A program made the translations under genes and the position numbers. A stretch of DNA of 35,777 bases from a virus. Taxonomy: Duplodnaviria > Heunggongvirae > Uroviricota > Caudoviricetes. How positions within the stretch are numbered: the first letter of the stretch is position 1; each line of letters begins with the position of its first letter. This document shows, in pieces, positions 16,838-25,421 of this stretch. The stretch lies in IMG/VR virus record IMGVR_UViG_2778261389_000005, positions 1-35,777 of that record. One strand, given 5' to 3'. Under the pieces are notes generated by a model that was not told the origin of the DNA, did no database searches, and saw nothing but the letters and a program-made list of their open reading frames with translations.

Positions 16838-17437
16838 ATGGCGCACGAACTACAACTCATCAAGCATTCCTCAGGAATCCTGATCCCCGCTACGCCGGAG
16901 ACCAGTGATTTACTGCAATCAAAAATCAAACTCGGCTCCGTACTGGTGGCTGAGTTCCGGCAGGTACGCAACCCGGCCTTTCACCGTCGTTTCTTCGCGT
17001 TACTCAATCTCGGTTTCGAATACTGGGAACCCACCGGCGGGGCAATCTCCTCCAACGAACGCAAGCTGGTAACCGGCTATGCCAAGTTCCTTGCCTCATT
17101 CGCGGGAAGTGAAGCAGCACTCCTGGATGCTGCTGAGCAATATCTGGACCGCATCGCCGATAAGCGCGCCGGTAGTATCAGCATCTGCAAATCCTATGAC
17201 GCATATCGTGCATGGGTGATCATCGAGTCTGGCCACTACGACGCCATACAGCTTCCCGACGGCACCCTTCGCAAACACCCCCGCAGCATTGCCTTTGCCA
17301 ACATGGACGAAACCGAGTTCCAGCAGCTGTACAAAGCCGCGCTCGATGTTCTGTGGCGCTGGGTATTGTCCCGGGCATTCAAGGACCAGCGTGAAGCGGA
17401 AAACGCCGCATCGCAGCTCATGAGCTTTGCGGGGTGA
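16838..17437 (+). CDS. DUF1367-like nin-region protein
   Basis: 199 aa; N-terminus MAHELQLIKHSSGILIPATPE resembles YbcN/DUF1367 proteins of lambdoid prophages. Confidence 0.5.
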   Translation: MAHELQLIKHSSGILIPATPETSDLLQSKIKLGSVLVAEFRQVRNPAFHRRFFALLNLGFEYWEPTGGAISSNERKLVTGYAKFLASFAGSEAALLDAAEQYLDRIADKRAGSISICKSYDAYRAWVIIESGHYDAIQLPDGTLRKHPRSIAFANMDETEFQQLYKAALDVLWRWVLSRAFKDQREAENAASQLMSFAG

Positions 17438-17643
17438 TGGCGATGAAATATTCCTGGTTCCACCATCACGAATGCACAACCGATCAGGCCGACGAGCTGG
17501 TGGCCAGTTACCGTCGTCGTGGCGCCACGGTAGAACGTAGCCTGAATCGCGACAACATCACCTGGACTATCAGCGCAAAATTGCCTGAATGCGAGCATCC
17601 GGCGCGTACACCAAGAACCTTTCGACAAAAGGTCTGGGGGTGA
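17434..17643 (+). CDS. Hypothetical small protein
   Basis: 69 aa, overlaps neighbours by 4 nt; His/Cys-rich. Confidence 0.4.
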   Translation: MMAMKYSWFHHHECTTDQADELVASYRRRGATVERSLNRDNITWTISAKLPECEHPARTPRTFRQKVWG

Positions 17644-17645
17644 TT

Positions 17646-18257
17646 ATGGCTAAGTTACCGCGCCGGAAGTGCGCCAACAAGGAATGCCGCCAGTGGTTCA
17701 ATCCAGTACGCGACACGCAGACCGTCTGCGGTTATGAGTGCGCCAGCGCCGTCGGGAAAGAGCAGACCAGAAAAGCCCGGGAGGCTGCACAACGCAAAGA
17801 GTCTGCCAAGCAGCGCGCCACTGAGAAGAAAGAACGTGCAGCCTGGCGCCAGCGTAAAGCTGCAGTTAAGCCGCTGAAGCACTGGATTGACCTGACGCAG
17901 CGTGCCGTAAATGACATTTGCCGCGAGACGGAGTTGGCGGAGGGGCGGGGCTGTATTTCCTGCGGAACTAAAACGGCGTTCGCCTGGCATGCTGGCCATT
18001 ATCGGACTACGGCAGCCGCTGGGCATCTGCGCTTCACTCGCTTCAACATCCATCTTCAGTGTGATGTCTGCAACGTCTACAAATCCGGGAATATCGAAGC
18101 ATACCGAGCCGCGCTGGTGGAACGTTATGGCGAAGAGCTGGTACTAGCGCTCGAGAACAATAACGCTCCGCATCGTTGGACTATTGAAGAACTGAAGGAA
18201 ATCAGACTGACCGCGCTGGCTGACCTGCGCGCGCTGAAAAAGCAGGAGGCAGCATGA
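17646..18257 (+). CDS. ninG: NinG/Rap recombination-associated protein
   Basis: MAKLPRRKCANKECRQWF...CISCGT...WHAGHYRTTAAA..LRF...HLQCDVCN matches lambda NinG; ORF-track start 17589 is upstream. Confidence 0.85.
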   Translation: MAKLPRRKCANKECRQWFNPVRDTQTVCGYECASAVGKEQTRKAREAAQRKESAKQRATEKKERAAWRQRKAAVKPLKHWIDLTQRAVNDICRETELAEGRGCISCGTKTAFAWHAGHYRTTAAAGHLRFTRFNIHLQCDVCNVYKSGNIEAYRAALVERYGEELVLALENNNAPHRWTIEELKEIRLTALADLRALKKQEAA

Positions 18258-18391
18258 CATTCGAATCCTATTTTGCCGATCACCTCCGCGTTCGTTGGCA
18301 ACGATTGCGCTTATACCACTTTCCGGGCTCCGTGCTGACGGATTACCGAATACTGAAGAACTACATCAAAACCATAGGCGGTGCAGTATGA
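18254..18391 (+). CDS. Small ORF between ninG and Q (45 aa)
   Basis: ATG overlaps ninG stop (ATGA) with strong AGGAGG RBS; stop overlaps Q start (ATGA). Confidence 0.3.
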   Translation: MTFESYFADHLRVRWQRLRLYHFPGSVLTDYRILKNYIKTIGGAV

Positions 18392-19077
18392 ATACTCAAT
18401 TTCTCGAATACGTGCGCCAGCAGTTGATGGTGGCCACCGCCGATTTAAGTGGTGCGACGAAAGGGCAGTTGATGGCGTGGCTTGAAAACGCGCAGTTCGA
18501 TACGGGAACGTTTAAACGTAAAAAGCCTCGAGTGCTGGATGAAGTGACCGGGGAAATGATTACGCTGGATAACCCGCCAATACCGGGCAAGCAGTCGCAT
18601 ACCAAGGGTTCGCATATTCCCCTGGTGCAGCCGGTTGAATACTCCAGCGCATCGTGGCGCCGCGCACTGATGTCACTCGAAGAACACCAGAAAGCGTGGC
18701 TGCTATGGAACTATAGCGAGAACGTGCGCTGGTGCTATCAGGTGGAAATCACTCAATGGGCGTGGGCAGAGTTCCGGGAGCAGCTCGGCGCGAAGAAGGT
18801 AGCCGGCAAAACGATGGAGCGCCTGAAGAAGCTTGTCTGGCTCGCGGCTCAGGACGTGAAAGCAGAGCTGGCAGGGCGTGAGACGTACGAATATCAGGCG
18901 CTGGCGTCGCTGGTTGGCGTAACGCCAAAAAACTGGTCAGAGACCTTTACTGACCGCTGGGTTGAGATGCGCAGCATCTTCCTGCGACTGGATAGCGGGG
19001 CTTTATTGCAGGTTACGCGATCACGTTCACAACAAAAGGCGACAAATTTAGACTCAAGTCTTGCAAAACTGGATTGA
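18388..19077 (+). CDS. Putative late-gene antiterminator (Q-like), assigned mainly by position
   Basis: 229 aa from ATG 18388; located after ninG and directly upstream of a promoter, terminators and lysis genes; sequence family not recognised with certainty. Confidence 0.5.
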   Translation: MNTQFLEYVRQQLMVATADLSGATKGQLMAWLENAQFDTGTFKRKKPRVLDEVTGEMITLDNPPIPGKQSHTKGSHIPLVQPVEYSSASWRRALMSLEEHQKAWLLWNYSENVRWCYQVEITQWAWAEFREQLGAKKVAGKTMERLKKLVWLAAQDVKAELAGRETYEYQALASLVGVTPKNWSETFTDRWVEMRSIFLRLDSGALLQVTRSRSQQKATNLDSSLAKLD

Positions 19078-19089
19078 AACGCATATATT
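19061..19089 (+). promoter_or_regulatory. Putative late promoter (PR'-like)
   Basis: -35 TTGCAA (19061-19066), 17-nt spacer, -10 TATATT (19084-19089), at the 3' end of the Q-like gene. Confidence 0.45.
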
Positions 19090-19143
19090 TCATGTAAATC
19101 TGATATCGTCGCCATAGCTTCGTAGGTCGACAAAGAATTAAGA

Positions 19144-19174
19144 GCCTCGCCATCGTGCGGGGCTTTTTTATTTG
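19144..19174 (+). terminator. Rho-independent terminator (tR'-like)
   Basis: GCCTCGC-CATCGT-GCGGGGC hairpin followed by TTTTTTATTTG. Confidence 0.55.
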
Positions 19175-19248
19175 CGGTACGCAGCACACAGAACCCACTA
19201 CCTGGGACCCTTCGGCCAGAGAGCCGACATTGCCTTACCCTCACATTG

Positions 19249-19275
19249 CCAGCCTGTCGCTGGCTTTTTTATTTG
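19249..19275 (+). terminator. Second rho-independent terminator
   Basis: GCCAGC-CTGTC-GCTGGC hairpin followed by TTTTTTATTTG. Confidence 0.5.
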
Positions 19276-19346
19276 CGATGTCCGGTCGTTGTTTCCTGGC
19301 ATCCTTCCACTCTACACAAACAGCACCCCGTTCCTTCGGAGGTGAT

Positions 19347-19664
19347 ATGGCAAAGCGTATGAATGACGACCACAAAATTGTAGGCCTGTCCTGGTTAGTC
19401 CTGCTCGGCATTGCATGCTGGGGCGGTTTAGTTCGCTACCTGATCGACGTAAAGCAGAATAAAGCGAAATGGAGCTGGATAAACGCGCTGGCACAGATCG
19501 CTGTCTCCGGCTTTACCGGTTTGATTGGCGGGTTGATAAGCGTGGAGAGTGGGTTGAGTTTTCACATGATCCTTGTCACGTCCGGCATTAGCGGGGCGAT
19601 GGGTTCAGTGGCTCTGACCTATTTCTGGGAACGCTTGACGGGGATGAAGAATGCAAACCAGTGA
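19347..19664 (+). CDS. Holin (three predicted transmembrane segments)
   Basis: 105 aa from ATG 19347 with GGAGGTGAT RBS; three hydrophobic helices; directly upstream of lysozyme. Confidence 0.7.
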   Translation: MAKRMNDDHKIVGLSWLVLLGIACWGGLVRYLIDVKQNKAKWSWINALAQIAVSGFTGLIGGLISVESGLSFHMILVTSGISGAMGSVALTYFWERLTGMKNANQ

Positions 19665-20091
19665 TAAAGGCATTGCCCTGATCAAAGAGTTCGAAGGTTG
19701 CAAGCTCACTGCCTATCAGGACAGCGTCGGCGTTTGGACGATCGGTTATGGCTGGACTCAGCCCGTCGACGGGAAACCAATCCGTGCCGGGATGACAATT
19801 AAGCAGGAAACGGCAGAACGCCTGCTGAAGACAGGAATGGTCAGTTACGAAAGTGACGTGTCACGACTGGTTAAAGTTGGCCTGACTCAGGGGCAATTCG
19901 ATGCCCTGGTGTCGTTCACGTATAACCTCGGTGCGCGGTCATTGTCGACATCGACTCTCCTGCGAAAACTCAACGCCGGAGATTACGCTGGTGCAGCCGA
20001 TGAGTTCCTGCGCTGGAATAAAGCTGGTGGGAAGGTGCTGAATGGGCTGACACGTCGGCGGGAGGCAGAGCGAGCTCTGTTCCTGTCATGA
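19651..20091 (+). CDS. Phage lysozyme (endolysin, glycoside hydrolase family 24-like)
   Basis: [30 protein letters not shown] motif typical of T4/P22-type lysozymes. Confidence 0.9.
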   Translation: MQTSDKGIALIKEFEGCKLTAYQDSVGVWTIGYGWTQPVDGKPIRAGMTIKQETAERLLKTGMVSYESDVSRLVKVGLTQGQFDALVSFTYNLGARSLSTSTLLRKLNAGDYAGAADEFLRWNKAGGKVLNGLTRRREAERALFLS

Positions 20092-20558
20092 TTAGCGCAC
20101 TGGTTAAGCGTTACTGGCTGCAGTTGCTGGTGCTGGCGTTAATCGGCGCACTGGCTTTCTTCGTGAACCACTACCGCGACAACGCCATCACTTACAGAGA
20201 CCAGCGCGATAAGGCCACTGAGAAACTCCTCCTGGCGACCGCCACCATTAAAGACATGCAGACCCGCCAGCGTGATGTCGCTGCACTGGATGCCAAATAC
20301 ACCGGAGAACTGGCTGATGCGAAAGAAACCATTGAGCGTCTGCATAGCGATGTCATTGCTGGCCGTAAGCGGCTGCAGCTCAACGCAAACTGTCCCGCGA
20401 ACGGAACGACCAGCACCGGCGGCCTGGGCGATGTTACCGGCCCCCGACTTACTGACTCCGCTGAACGGGATTATTTCACCCTCAGAGAGCGAATCGTCAC
20501 AGTGACGAAACAGGTTGGATATTTGCAGGAATACATCAAAGAGCAGTGCTTAAATTGA
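20088..20558 (+). CDS. Rz-like i-spanin
   Basis: 156 aa with N-terminal transmembrane segment and coiled-coil body; follows lysozyme; contains embedded +1-frame ORF. Confidence 0.8.
   Translation: MISALVKRYWLQLLVLALIGALAFFVNHYRDNAITYRDQRDKATEKLLLATATIKDMQTRQRDVAALDAKYTGELADAKETIERLHSDVIAGRKRLQLNANCPANGTTSTGGLGDVTGPRLTDSAERDYFTLRERIVTVTKQVGYLQEYIKEQCLN
20317..20505 (+). CDS. Rz1-like o-spanin lipoprotein embedded in Rz
   Basis: [22 protein letters not shown]: signal peptide with lipobox LAVSGC, proline-rich mature part; entirely within Rz in another frame. Confidence 0.75.
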   Translation: MRKKPLSVCIAMSLLAVSGCSSTQTVPRTERPAPAAWAMLPAPDLLTPLNGIISPSESESSQ

Positions 20559-20590
20559 TGTTAAATTAACCTTTTACATACGGAGGGGTT

Positions 20591-20995
20591 ATGCAAATAG
20601 ATCAAGAATACCTTAAAGGTTTGCTCGAGGCTTTCGAGGCATCGGATTCACCTGATACCGATATTATTCGATTAAAGGATTTAGGGTTCAATTGTGAAAC
20701 TGACACATTTGTGTTTCATATGCGTTTGCTTGAGGATAGAGGGCTGATTATCAGGAGTGATGGAGAGCCCGGCTTTGGTGCTATTCAGTCTTTAGACGGA
20801 ATGACTCACTGGGCTGTAATGCCCTTGCGATTGACCGCGATGGGGCATGACTTCTTGGATGCTCTCCGTAACAAAGAGGTTTGGGCAACATTAAAAACCG
20901 GATTCAAAGATGCCAGTATGGGCACGCTGATGACAGTTTCGAAGGAGCTGTTTAACCGAGCTCTAGCTAAGCAACTTGATAAAATGTTCGACTAA
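20591..20995 (+). CDS. Hypothetical protein
   Basis: 134-aa ORF with GGAGGGG RBS, followed by terminator. Confidence 0.5.
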   Translation: MQIDQEYLKGLLEAFEASDSPDTDIIRLKDLGFNCETDTFVFHMRLLEDRGLIIRSDGEPGFGAIQSLDGMTHWAVMPLRLTAMGHDFLDALRNKEVWATLKTGFKDASMGTLMTVSKELFNRALAKQLDKMFD

Positions 20996-21018
20996 CCGCC
21001 TACGGGCGGTTTTTTATT
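20996..21018 (+). terminator. Rho-independent terminator
   Basis: CCGCC-TACG-GGCGG hairpin followed by TTTTTTATT. Confidence 0.55.
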
Positions 21019-21071
21019 GTCAACTTTATGAGCAAACTGATCTTAATTACTGTAACTAGGTGGTCAATGAT

Positions 21072-21710
21072 ATGGCAACGCTTAAGGACCTTTCCAGTCA
21101 GTTAAGACAGCTGCAGAAGCAAATACCGTTTGCGACTGCCCAGGCTATGACTAAAGTGGTTCGCCAGATAGAAGCGGCCCAAAAAACAGCATTTGAGCGG
21201 AATCTGGATAATCCAACACCTTTTACAGTTAAATCGGTTGGGTCAGTTGGTGCCAGGAAAAACAGCCTTCGTGCGAAGGTGTTTGTTCGTGATACTGCTG
21301 CTGGTTACCTTGAACCCTTCGAGTTCGGCGGAGAGCACAAGCTTAATGGTAGTGCTTTGCTTAACCCGAAAGACATAAAGCTTAATAAATACGGCAACCT
21401 GCCGCGTAATAAGCTCTCTCAGCTCAAAGCAAAGGAAAATGTATTCGTAGGTGAGGTGGATGGCGTTAACGCTGTCTGGCAGCGTAAGAAACCGATGAAA
21501 GCTAAGAAGCGACGGGCCAAGCGCTCCGCTAATGGGACGCGAAGACCGAAACGTAAACAGCGTTCTCCAAAGCTTTTGATCCGGTTTGGTGATGCGCTAC
21601 CTGTGACTCCAGTGCTGGGGTATATGGATAGGGCCCGTACCATGGCGAACGCACTGCTACCGTCTGCTTTAAATCAGGCGATAGCAGAAGCCATCAGGAC
21701 GGCAAAATAA
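21072..21710 (+). CDS. Hypothetical protein with highly basic segment
   Basis: 212 aa from ATG 21072 (AGGTGG RBS); KKPMKAKKRRAKRSANGTRRPKRKQRSPK stretch. Confidence 0.45.
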   Translation: MATLKDLSSQLRQLQKQIPFATAQAMTKVVRQIEAAQKTAFERNLDNPTPFTVKSVGSVGARKNSLRAKVFVRDTAAGYLEPFEFGGEHKLNGSALLNPKDIKLNKYGNLPRNKLSQLKAKENVFVGEVDGVNAVWQRKKPMKAKKRRAKRSANGTRRPKRKQRSPKLLIRFGDALPVTPVLGYMDRARTMANALLPSALNQAIAEAIRTAK

Positions 21711-21720
21711 AAGCAGTAAC

Positions 21721-22224
21721 TTATAAGTTAATTTCGCAAGCTTTTATGAAGCTGTTTACTGCAGTTGTCGATCCAGAAACATTGGCTGACATGGAATGCT
21801 GGTTTCCGCCATCCTTTGTTTGCACACCAACTAACACTTTGGATTTCGCCCCCTGAAGCTGCTTAAGCACTGTTTTTAGTTGGTCCGCGTCATCCGATTG
21901 AATCTGGAGGCTCTGAACATTACGTCTTGAAAGGGTAGCATCGAGCTTCACTGCGGTATTCCCGTCGACCTTCATTATCAGGTCCATTGGTACCTCTGAT
22001 AGTGATTCGGTGCTTTTATCCATTTCAACGTATGCCGCCGATAGCTTTTCTTTAGTGCAGTCAAACACAATGGCGCCATTGTCGGATGAAACCTCGCCAA
22101 GCATCATTGCTTTCTTACCACCAGAGAAAAGGTCATCTTCAGTATTAGTTACCCACTGGGCATGAGCAATTGGTGATGCCAGCACTGCGGCTACGAAAGT
22201 TATTTTGATTATATTGTTACCCAT
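21721..22224 (-). CDS. Secreted protein of unknown function (signal peptide), opposite-strand accessory gene
   Basis: 167 aa from ATG 22224 with AAGGAG RBS; N-terminus MGNNIIKITFVAAVLASPIAHA-Q resembles a Sec signal peptide. Confidence 0.55.
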   Translation of the reverse strand: MGNNIIKITFVAAVLASPIAHAQWVTNTEDDLFSGGKKAMMLGEVSSDNGAIVFDCTKEKLSAAYVEMDKSTESLSEVPMDLIMKVDGNTAVKLDATLSRRNVQSLQIQSDDADQLKTVLKQLQGAKSKVLVGVQTKDGGNQHSMSANVSGSTTAVNSFIKACEINL

Positions 22225-22367
22225 TACATTCTCCTTGTATTGAATAGGAATAATCATAGTCGGAGCGAATGGTCGAAGCCATTAAAAAAATGGGTCCTTC
22301 CTGAGACTTTTGTAAGGTACGGGCATTGCGCGCCGCGGTGTTTTCCTAGCTACAACTTTCAGATTTG

Positions 22368-22515
22368 TGTCCCATGTCCCACCTCTGGCGATCATTACGG
22401 ACACCTCGCCAGCTCTGGCTATTCCAGTTTATTCCAGTGGGACATTCTGGTGGGACATGGCAAAAATGTCCCAGGCGAATGTCCCACCCCAGAAAATGTC
22501 CCAGGTGATGTCCCA
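22368..22515. repeat. Array of TGTCCCA / TGGGACA repeats upstream of the small terminase gene (cosB-like candidate)
   Basis: Direct copies at 22368, 22375, 22467, 22480, 22497, 22509 and inverted copies at 22438, 22451; last copy overlaps the start codon. Confidence 0.5.
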
Positions 22516-23084
22516 TGACCACGATGAACCAGAGTCAGTACGCACAACATTCAGGTGTGGATCGCAAAACAATTGGTCGGTGGATTAAAGCCGGGCGCTT
22601 CATTGTGATGGACGGAGACCTGATTGACGTAGAGGCCAGCGATGCGGCATTGAAGAAAAACCGCGATGGCAAAGACCCGCGCGCCTCGAACGCGAAGAAA
22701 AAGAAAACTCCCGTCGTTAGCGATAACGATGATGACGGTGATGAAATCAATAAAACTGTCCGCCAGATAATGCTCACTGAAGGAGCAGATCTTTCGAGAG
22801 AGGAAGCGGGACGTATCCGCGAGAATTACATGGCCCTGCAGGCAAAGCTGCAGTATGAAAAAGACAGCGGCCAGCTTATTGAGCTGACAGCAGCCGAGGA
22901 GGTTTTATTCAACGCCTTTCGCCAACAGCGTGATGCCTGGCTTAACTGGCCGTCCAGGGTGGCGCCGCTAATGGCTGCTGATCTGGATGTACCGGCGGAC
23001 AGGATGACAGAGGTGCTGATTGAACATGTCCACAAACACATCTCAGTCCTCGGAGAGCCAGAGTTTAACCCGGCAGAAGATTGA
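22515..23084 (+). CDS. Terminase small subunit (Nu1-like, HTH)
   Basis: N-terminal HTH (QYAQHSGVDRKTIGRWIKAG); position immediately upstream of large terminase. Confidence 0.6.
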   Translation: MTTMNQSQYAQHSGVDRKTIGRWIKAGRFIVMDGDLIDVEASDAALKKNRDGKDPRASNAKKKKTPVVSDNDDDGDEINKTVRQIMLTEGADLSREEAGRIRENYMALQAKLQYEKDSGQLIELTAAEEVLFNAFRQQRDAWLNWPSRVAPLMAADLDVPADRMTEVLIEHVHKHISVLGEPEFNPAED

Positions 23085-25149
23085 GCGTCTTGAATTAAGC
23101 GTCCGCAAAGGCTGGACACCCCCGCCGCGTATCAGTGTGCCGCAGTGGGCAGATGACTATCGTAAGCTGGCAAAAGAGGCTGGGAGCACTTCGGGAAACT
23201 GGGAAACATCGACGGTAGAAATTGCCCGCGGACCGATGCTTGCCGCGACGGAGTCCGGGGTTCATATCATCACTGTAATGTGCTGTACCCAGTTGATGAA
23301 GACAGCACTGCTGGAAAACCTTTTTGGCTATTTTGCCCACCTCGATCCTTGTCCGATACTGCTGCTGCAGCCGAAAGAAGAAGCCGCTGAACAGTTTTCG
23401 AAAGAGCGTATTAGCCCGCTGGTAAGGGTGACGCCGGTACTGCGTAAAATCATCGGTGATTCGAAACAGAAAAGCTCGAAAGAAACCATTCTTTACAAGG
23501 CATTCACTGGCGGATTTCTGGCGCTGGCGGGTGCTGGTAGCCCTGATAACCTTGCGCGTCGTCCGATTCGTGTCCTGCTGGCGGATGAAGTGGACAAGTA
23601 CCCGATAACCCGCGAAGGCGATCCAATTGCGCTGGCCGAAGAGCGTACAGCGACATTTGGCCTGACCTGGCTGTCTGTACGCGCCTGTTCGCCGACGGTG
23701 GAGGATGAGAGCCGCATTGCTGACAGCTACGCCGACTCCGATCAGCGCCGGGCATCTGTGGTTTGCCCGCACTGTGGCCACCGCCAGTTCCCCGACTTTT
23801 TCAAACACGTTCAGTGGCCGAAAGAGGGAGATAAACACCTGACTAAATCGGCGATGCTCTATTGCGAATGCTGTGGTAGTGGCTGGTCCGAAGGACAGCG
23901 CCTCAGAGCTCTGCACACTATTCGATGGCATCAGACGCGCCCATTTGAGTGCTGCGGGGAGCGGCACTCACCGCTGATGGATTATGACCTTGCCTGGCGG
24001 GCGGCAGACGAGGGCAGCGTTGAAAAGGTCTGGCAATGGTCAGAGTCGGAACGGCATGCGGTCTATCGCGCAATCTGCCCCTCCTGTGGAAAGGAGGCAG
24101 TCGATAACCACCACGCGGGGTACCAGGCATCCAAGCTTTTCAGCCCCTGGCAAAAAGATAAGCCGTCGGATATTGCGAAAAAATATATCGATGCGAAGGG
24201 CGATCCGGATAAGGAACAGGCGTGGTGGAATACCCAGATGGGGCTTCCGCACCGACCTAATCATGGGAAACAGCTCCCTGTTGATGTTCTGCTGGCGCGC
24301 CGGGAAATATTTCCGGCCGTCGTTCCGGACGGGGTGGCATTGTTAACAGCTGGAGTTGATACCCAGGACGATCGCTTCGAAATTACGATCACCGGCTGGG
24401 GGAGAGATGAAGAATCGTGGTCGGTCGCGCATGACGTTATTTATGGTGACCTTGAGACGGAAGAACCCTGGAAGCGACTGGATGCATACCTGAAACAGAT
24501 CTGGCGACGTGGTGACGGGCGCGGCCTGAATATCATGGCAACGTGCATGGACTCCGGTGGCCACCATACGCAGAAGGTATACGAATTCGCCAAAGAGCGT
24601 CTTGGCCGTCGTGTCTGGGCAATTAAGGGGGAGTCTGCACAGGGAGGTAAACGCAATCCTGTCTGGCCGACCAAACGACCATCATCGAAAAGCAAAGCCA
24701 GTTTCCGCCCTGTCATTCTGGGGGTTAACTCAGCGAAAGACGTGATACGCGGTCGCCTGCATCTTGAGCCACCCAAACCTGGCGCCGCCGCTGCGGGTTA
24801 TATGCATTTTCCTGACGATCGCGATCTCGGGTACTTCAATCAGCTGCTGGCGGAGCGACTGGTTTACAAAGTCATTTCCGGGCAGCGGTACAGTATCTGG
24901 GAAGCAATACCAGGACGAGCTAACGAAGCGCTTGACTGCCTCGTTTACAGCTATGCCGCGCTGTGCGGTCTCAAACATATGGGGTTAAAACTCAACGTCC
25001 GGGCCGCCAACCTCGAAGCCGATCCGGATAAGTTCCTGCCAGCGCCAGTTGGACAGGAAGAAAAAATCAATTACGAGCTGCCGGGTGCGGTTATTGAAGA
25101 ACCAGCGCCGGTCAAACGTAAGCGAATATCGCAACTCCTGCCGAAATAA
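23020..25149 (+). CDS. Terminase large subunit (lambda gpA family)
   Basis: 709 aa; colinear motifs with lambda gpA including ATPase region and C-terminal NEALDC; start overlaps small subunit gene. Confidence 0.9.
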   Translation: MNMSTNTSQSSESQSLTRQKIERLELSVRKGWTPPPRISVPQWADDYRKLAKEAGSTSGNWETSTVEIARGPMLAATESGVHIITVMCCTQLMKTALLENLFGYFAHLDPCPILLLQPKEEAAEQFSKERISPLVRVTPVLRKIIGDSKQKSSKETILYKAFTGGFLALAGAGSPDNLARRPIRVLLADEVDKYPITREGDPIALAEERTATFGLTWLSVRACSPTVEDESRIADSYADSDQRRASVVCPHCGHRQFPDFFKHVQWPKEGDKHLTKSAMLYCECCGSGWSEGQRLRALHTIRWHQTRPFECCGERHSPLMDYDLAWRAADEGSVEKVWQWSESERHAVYRAICPSCGKEAVDNHHAGYQASKLFSPWQKDKPSDIAKKYIDAKGDPDKEQAWWNTQMGLPHRPNHGKQLPVDVLLARREIFPAVVPDGVALLTAGVDTQDDRFEITITGWGRDEESWSVAHDVIYGDLETEEPWKRLDAYLKQIWRRGDGRGLNIMATCMDSGGHHTQKVYEFAKERLGRRVWAIKGESAQGGKRNPVWPTKRPSSKSKASFRPVILGVNSAKDVIRGRLHLEPPKPGAAAAGYMHFPDDRDLGYFNQLLAERLVYKVISGQRYSIWEAIPGRANEALDCLVYSYAALCGLKHMGLKLNVRAANLEADPDKFLPAPVGQEEKINYELPGAVIEEPAPVKRKRISQLLPK

Positions 25150-25157
25150 GGAAAATC

Positions 25158-25421
25158 ATGTTCAACCGGAACACCAGCCTGCTTGCCGGCGCAATGACTG
25201 ACGATCAGCTCAGGGATGCGCTTGCGAAAGCTCAGCAGGCGTACATTGATTTAGCAACCGGGAGCCACGGTGTTTCGTTTTCCTATACGCAGGGAGACGG
25301 GACGCGATCAGTGTCCTATCAGCAAAGCACCCTGGCTGATCTGCTGGCCCTGATTCAACTTCTGCAGGCGCAACTGGGGATTATCTCTCGTCCCCGGAAA
25401 CCAGCGAGGTTTAGATTCTGA
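25158..25421 (+). CDS. Head-tail joining protein (gpW family)
   Basis: 87 aa; size, position and C-terminal RPRKPARF resemble lambda W. Confidence 0.7.
   Translation: MFNRNTSLLAGAMTDDQLRDALAKAQQAYIDLATGSHGVSFSYTQGDGTRSVSYQQSTLADLLALIQLLQAQLGIISRPRKPARFRF

Noticed and set aside
22368-22515. Possible CRISPR array (short repeats)
   Set aside because: Repeats are only 7-8 bp, irregularly spaced and present in both orientations, with no spacer structure. Not CRISPR.
22240-22588. Plus-strand ORFs spanning the TGTCCCA repeat array
   Set aside because: Their translations are driven by the DNA repeats (repeated peptide-like runs) and they overlap the start of the small terminase gene. Treated as a DNA-level repeat feature instead.
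23095-24978. Minus-strand ORFs (up to 290 aa) inside the large terminase gene
   Set aside because: Antisense to a gene with strong gpA-family similarity; Arg-rich composition typical of reverse-frame artefacts in GC-rich coding sequence.
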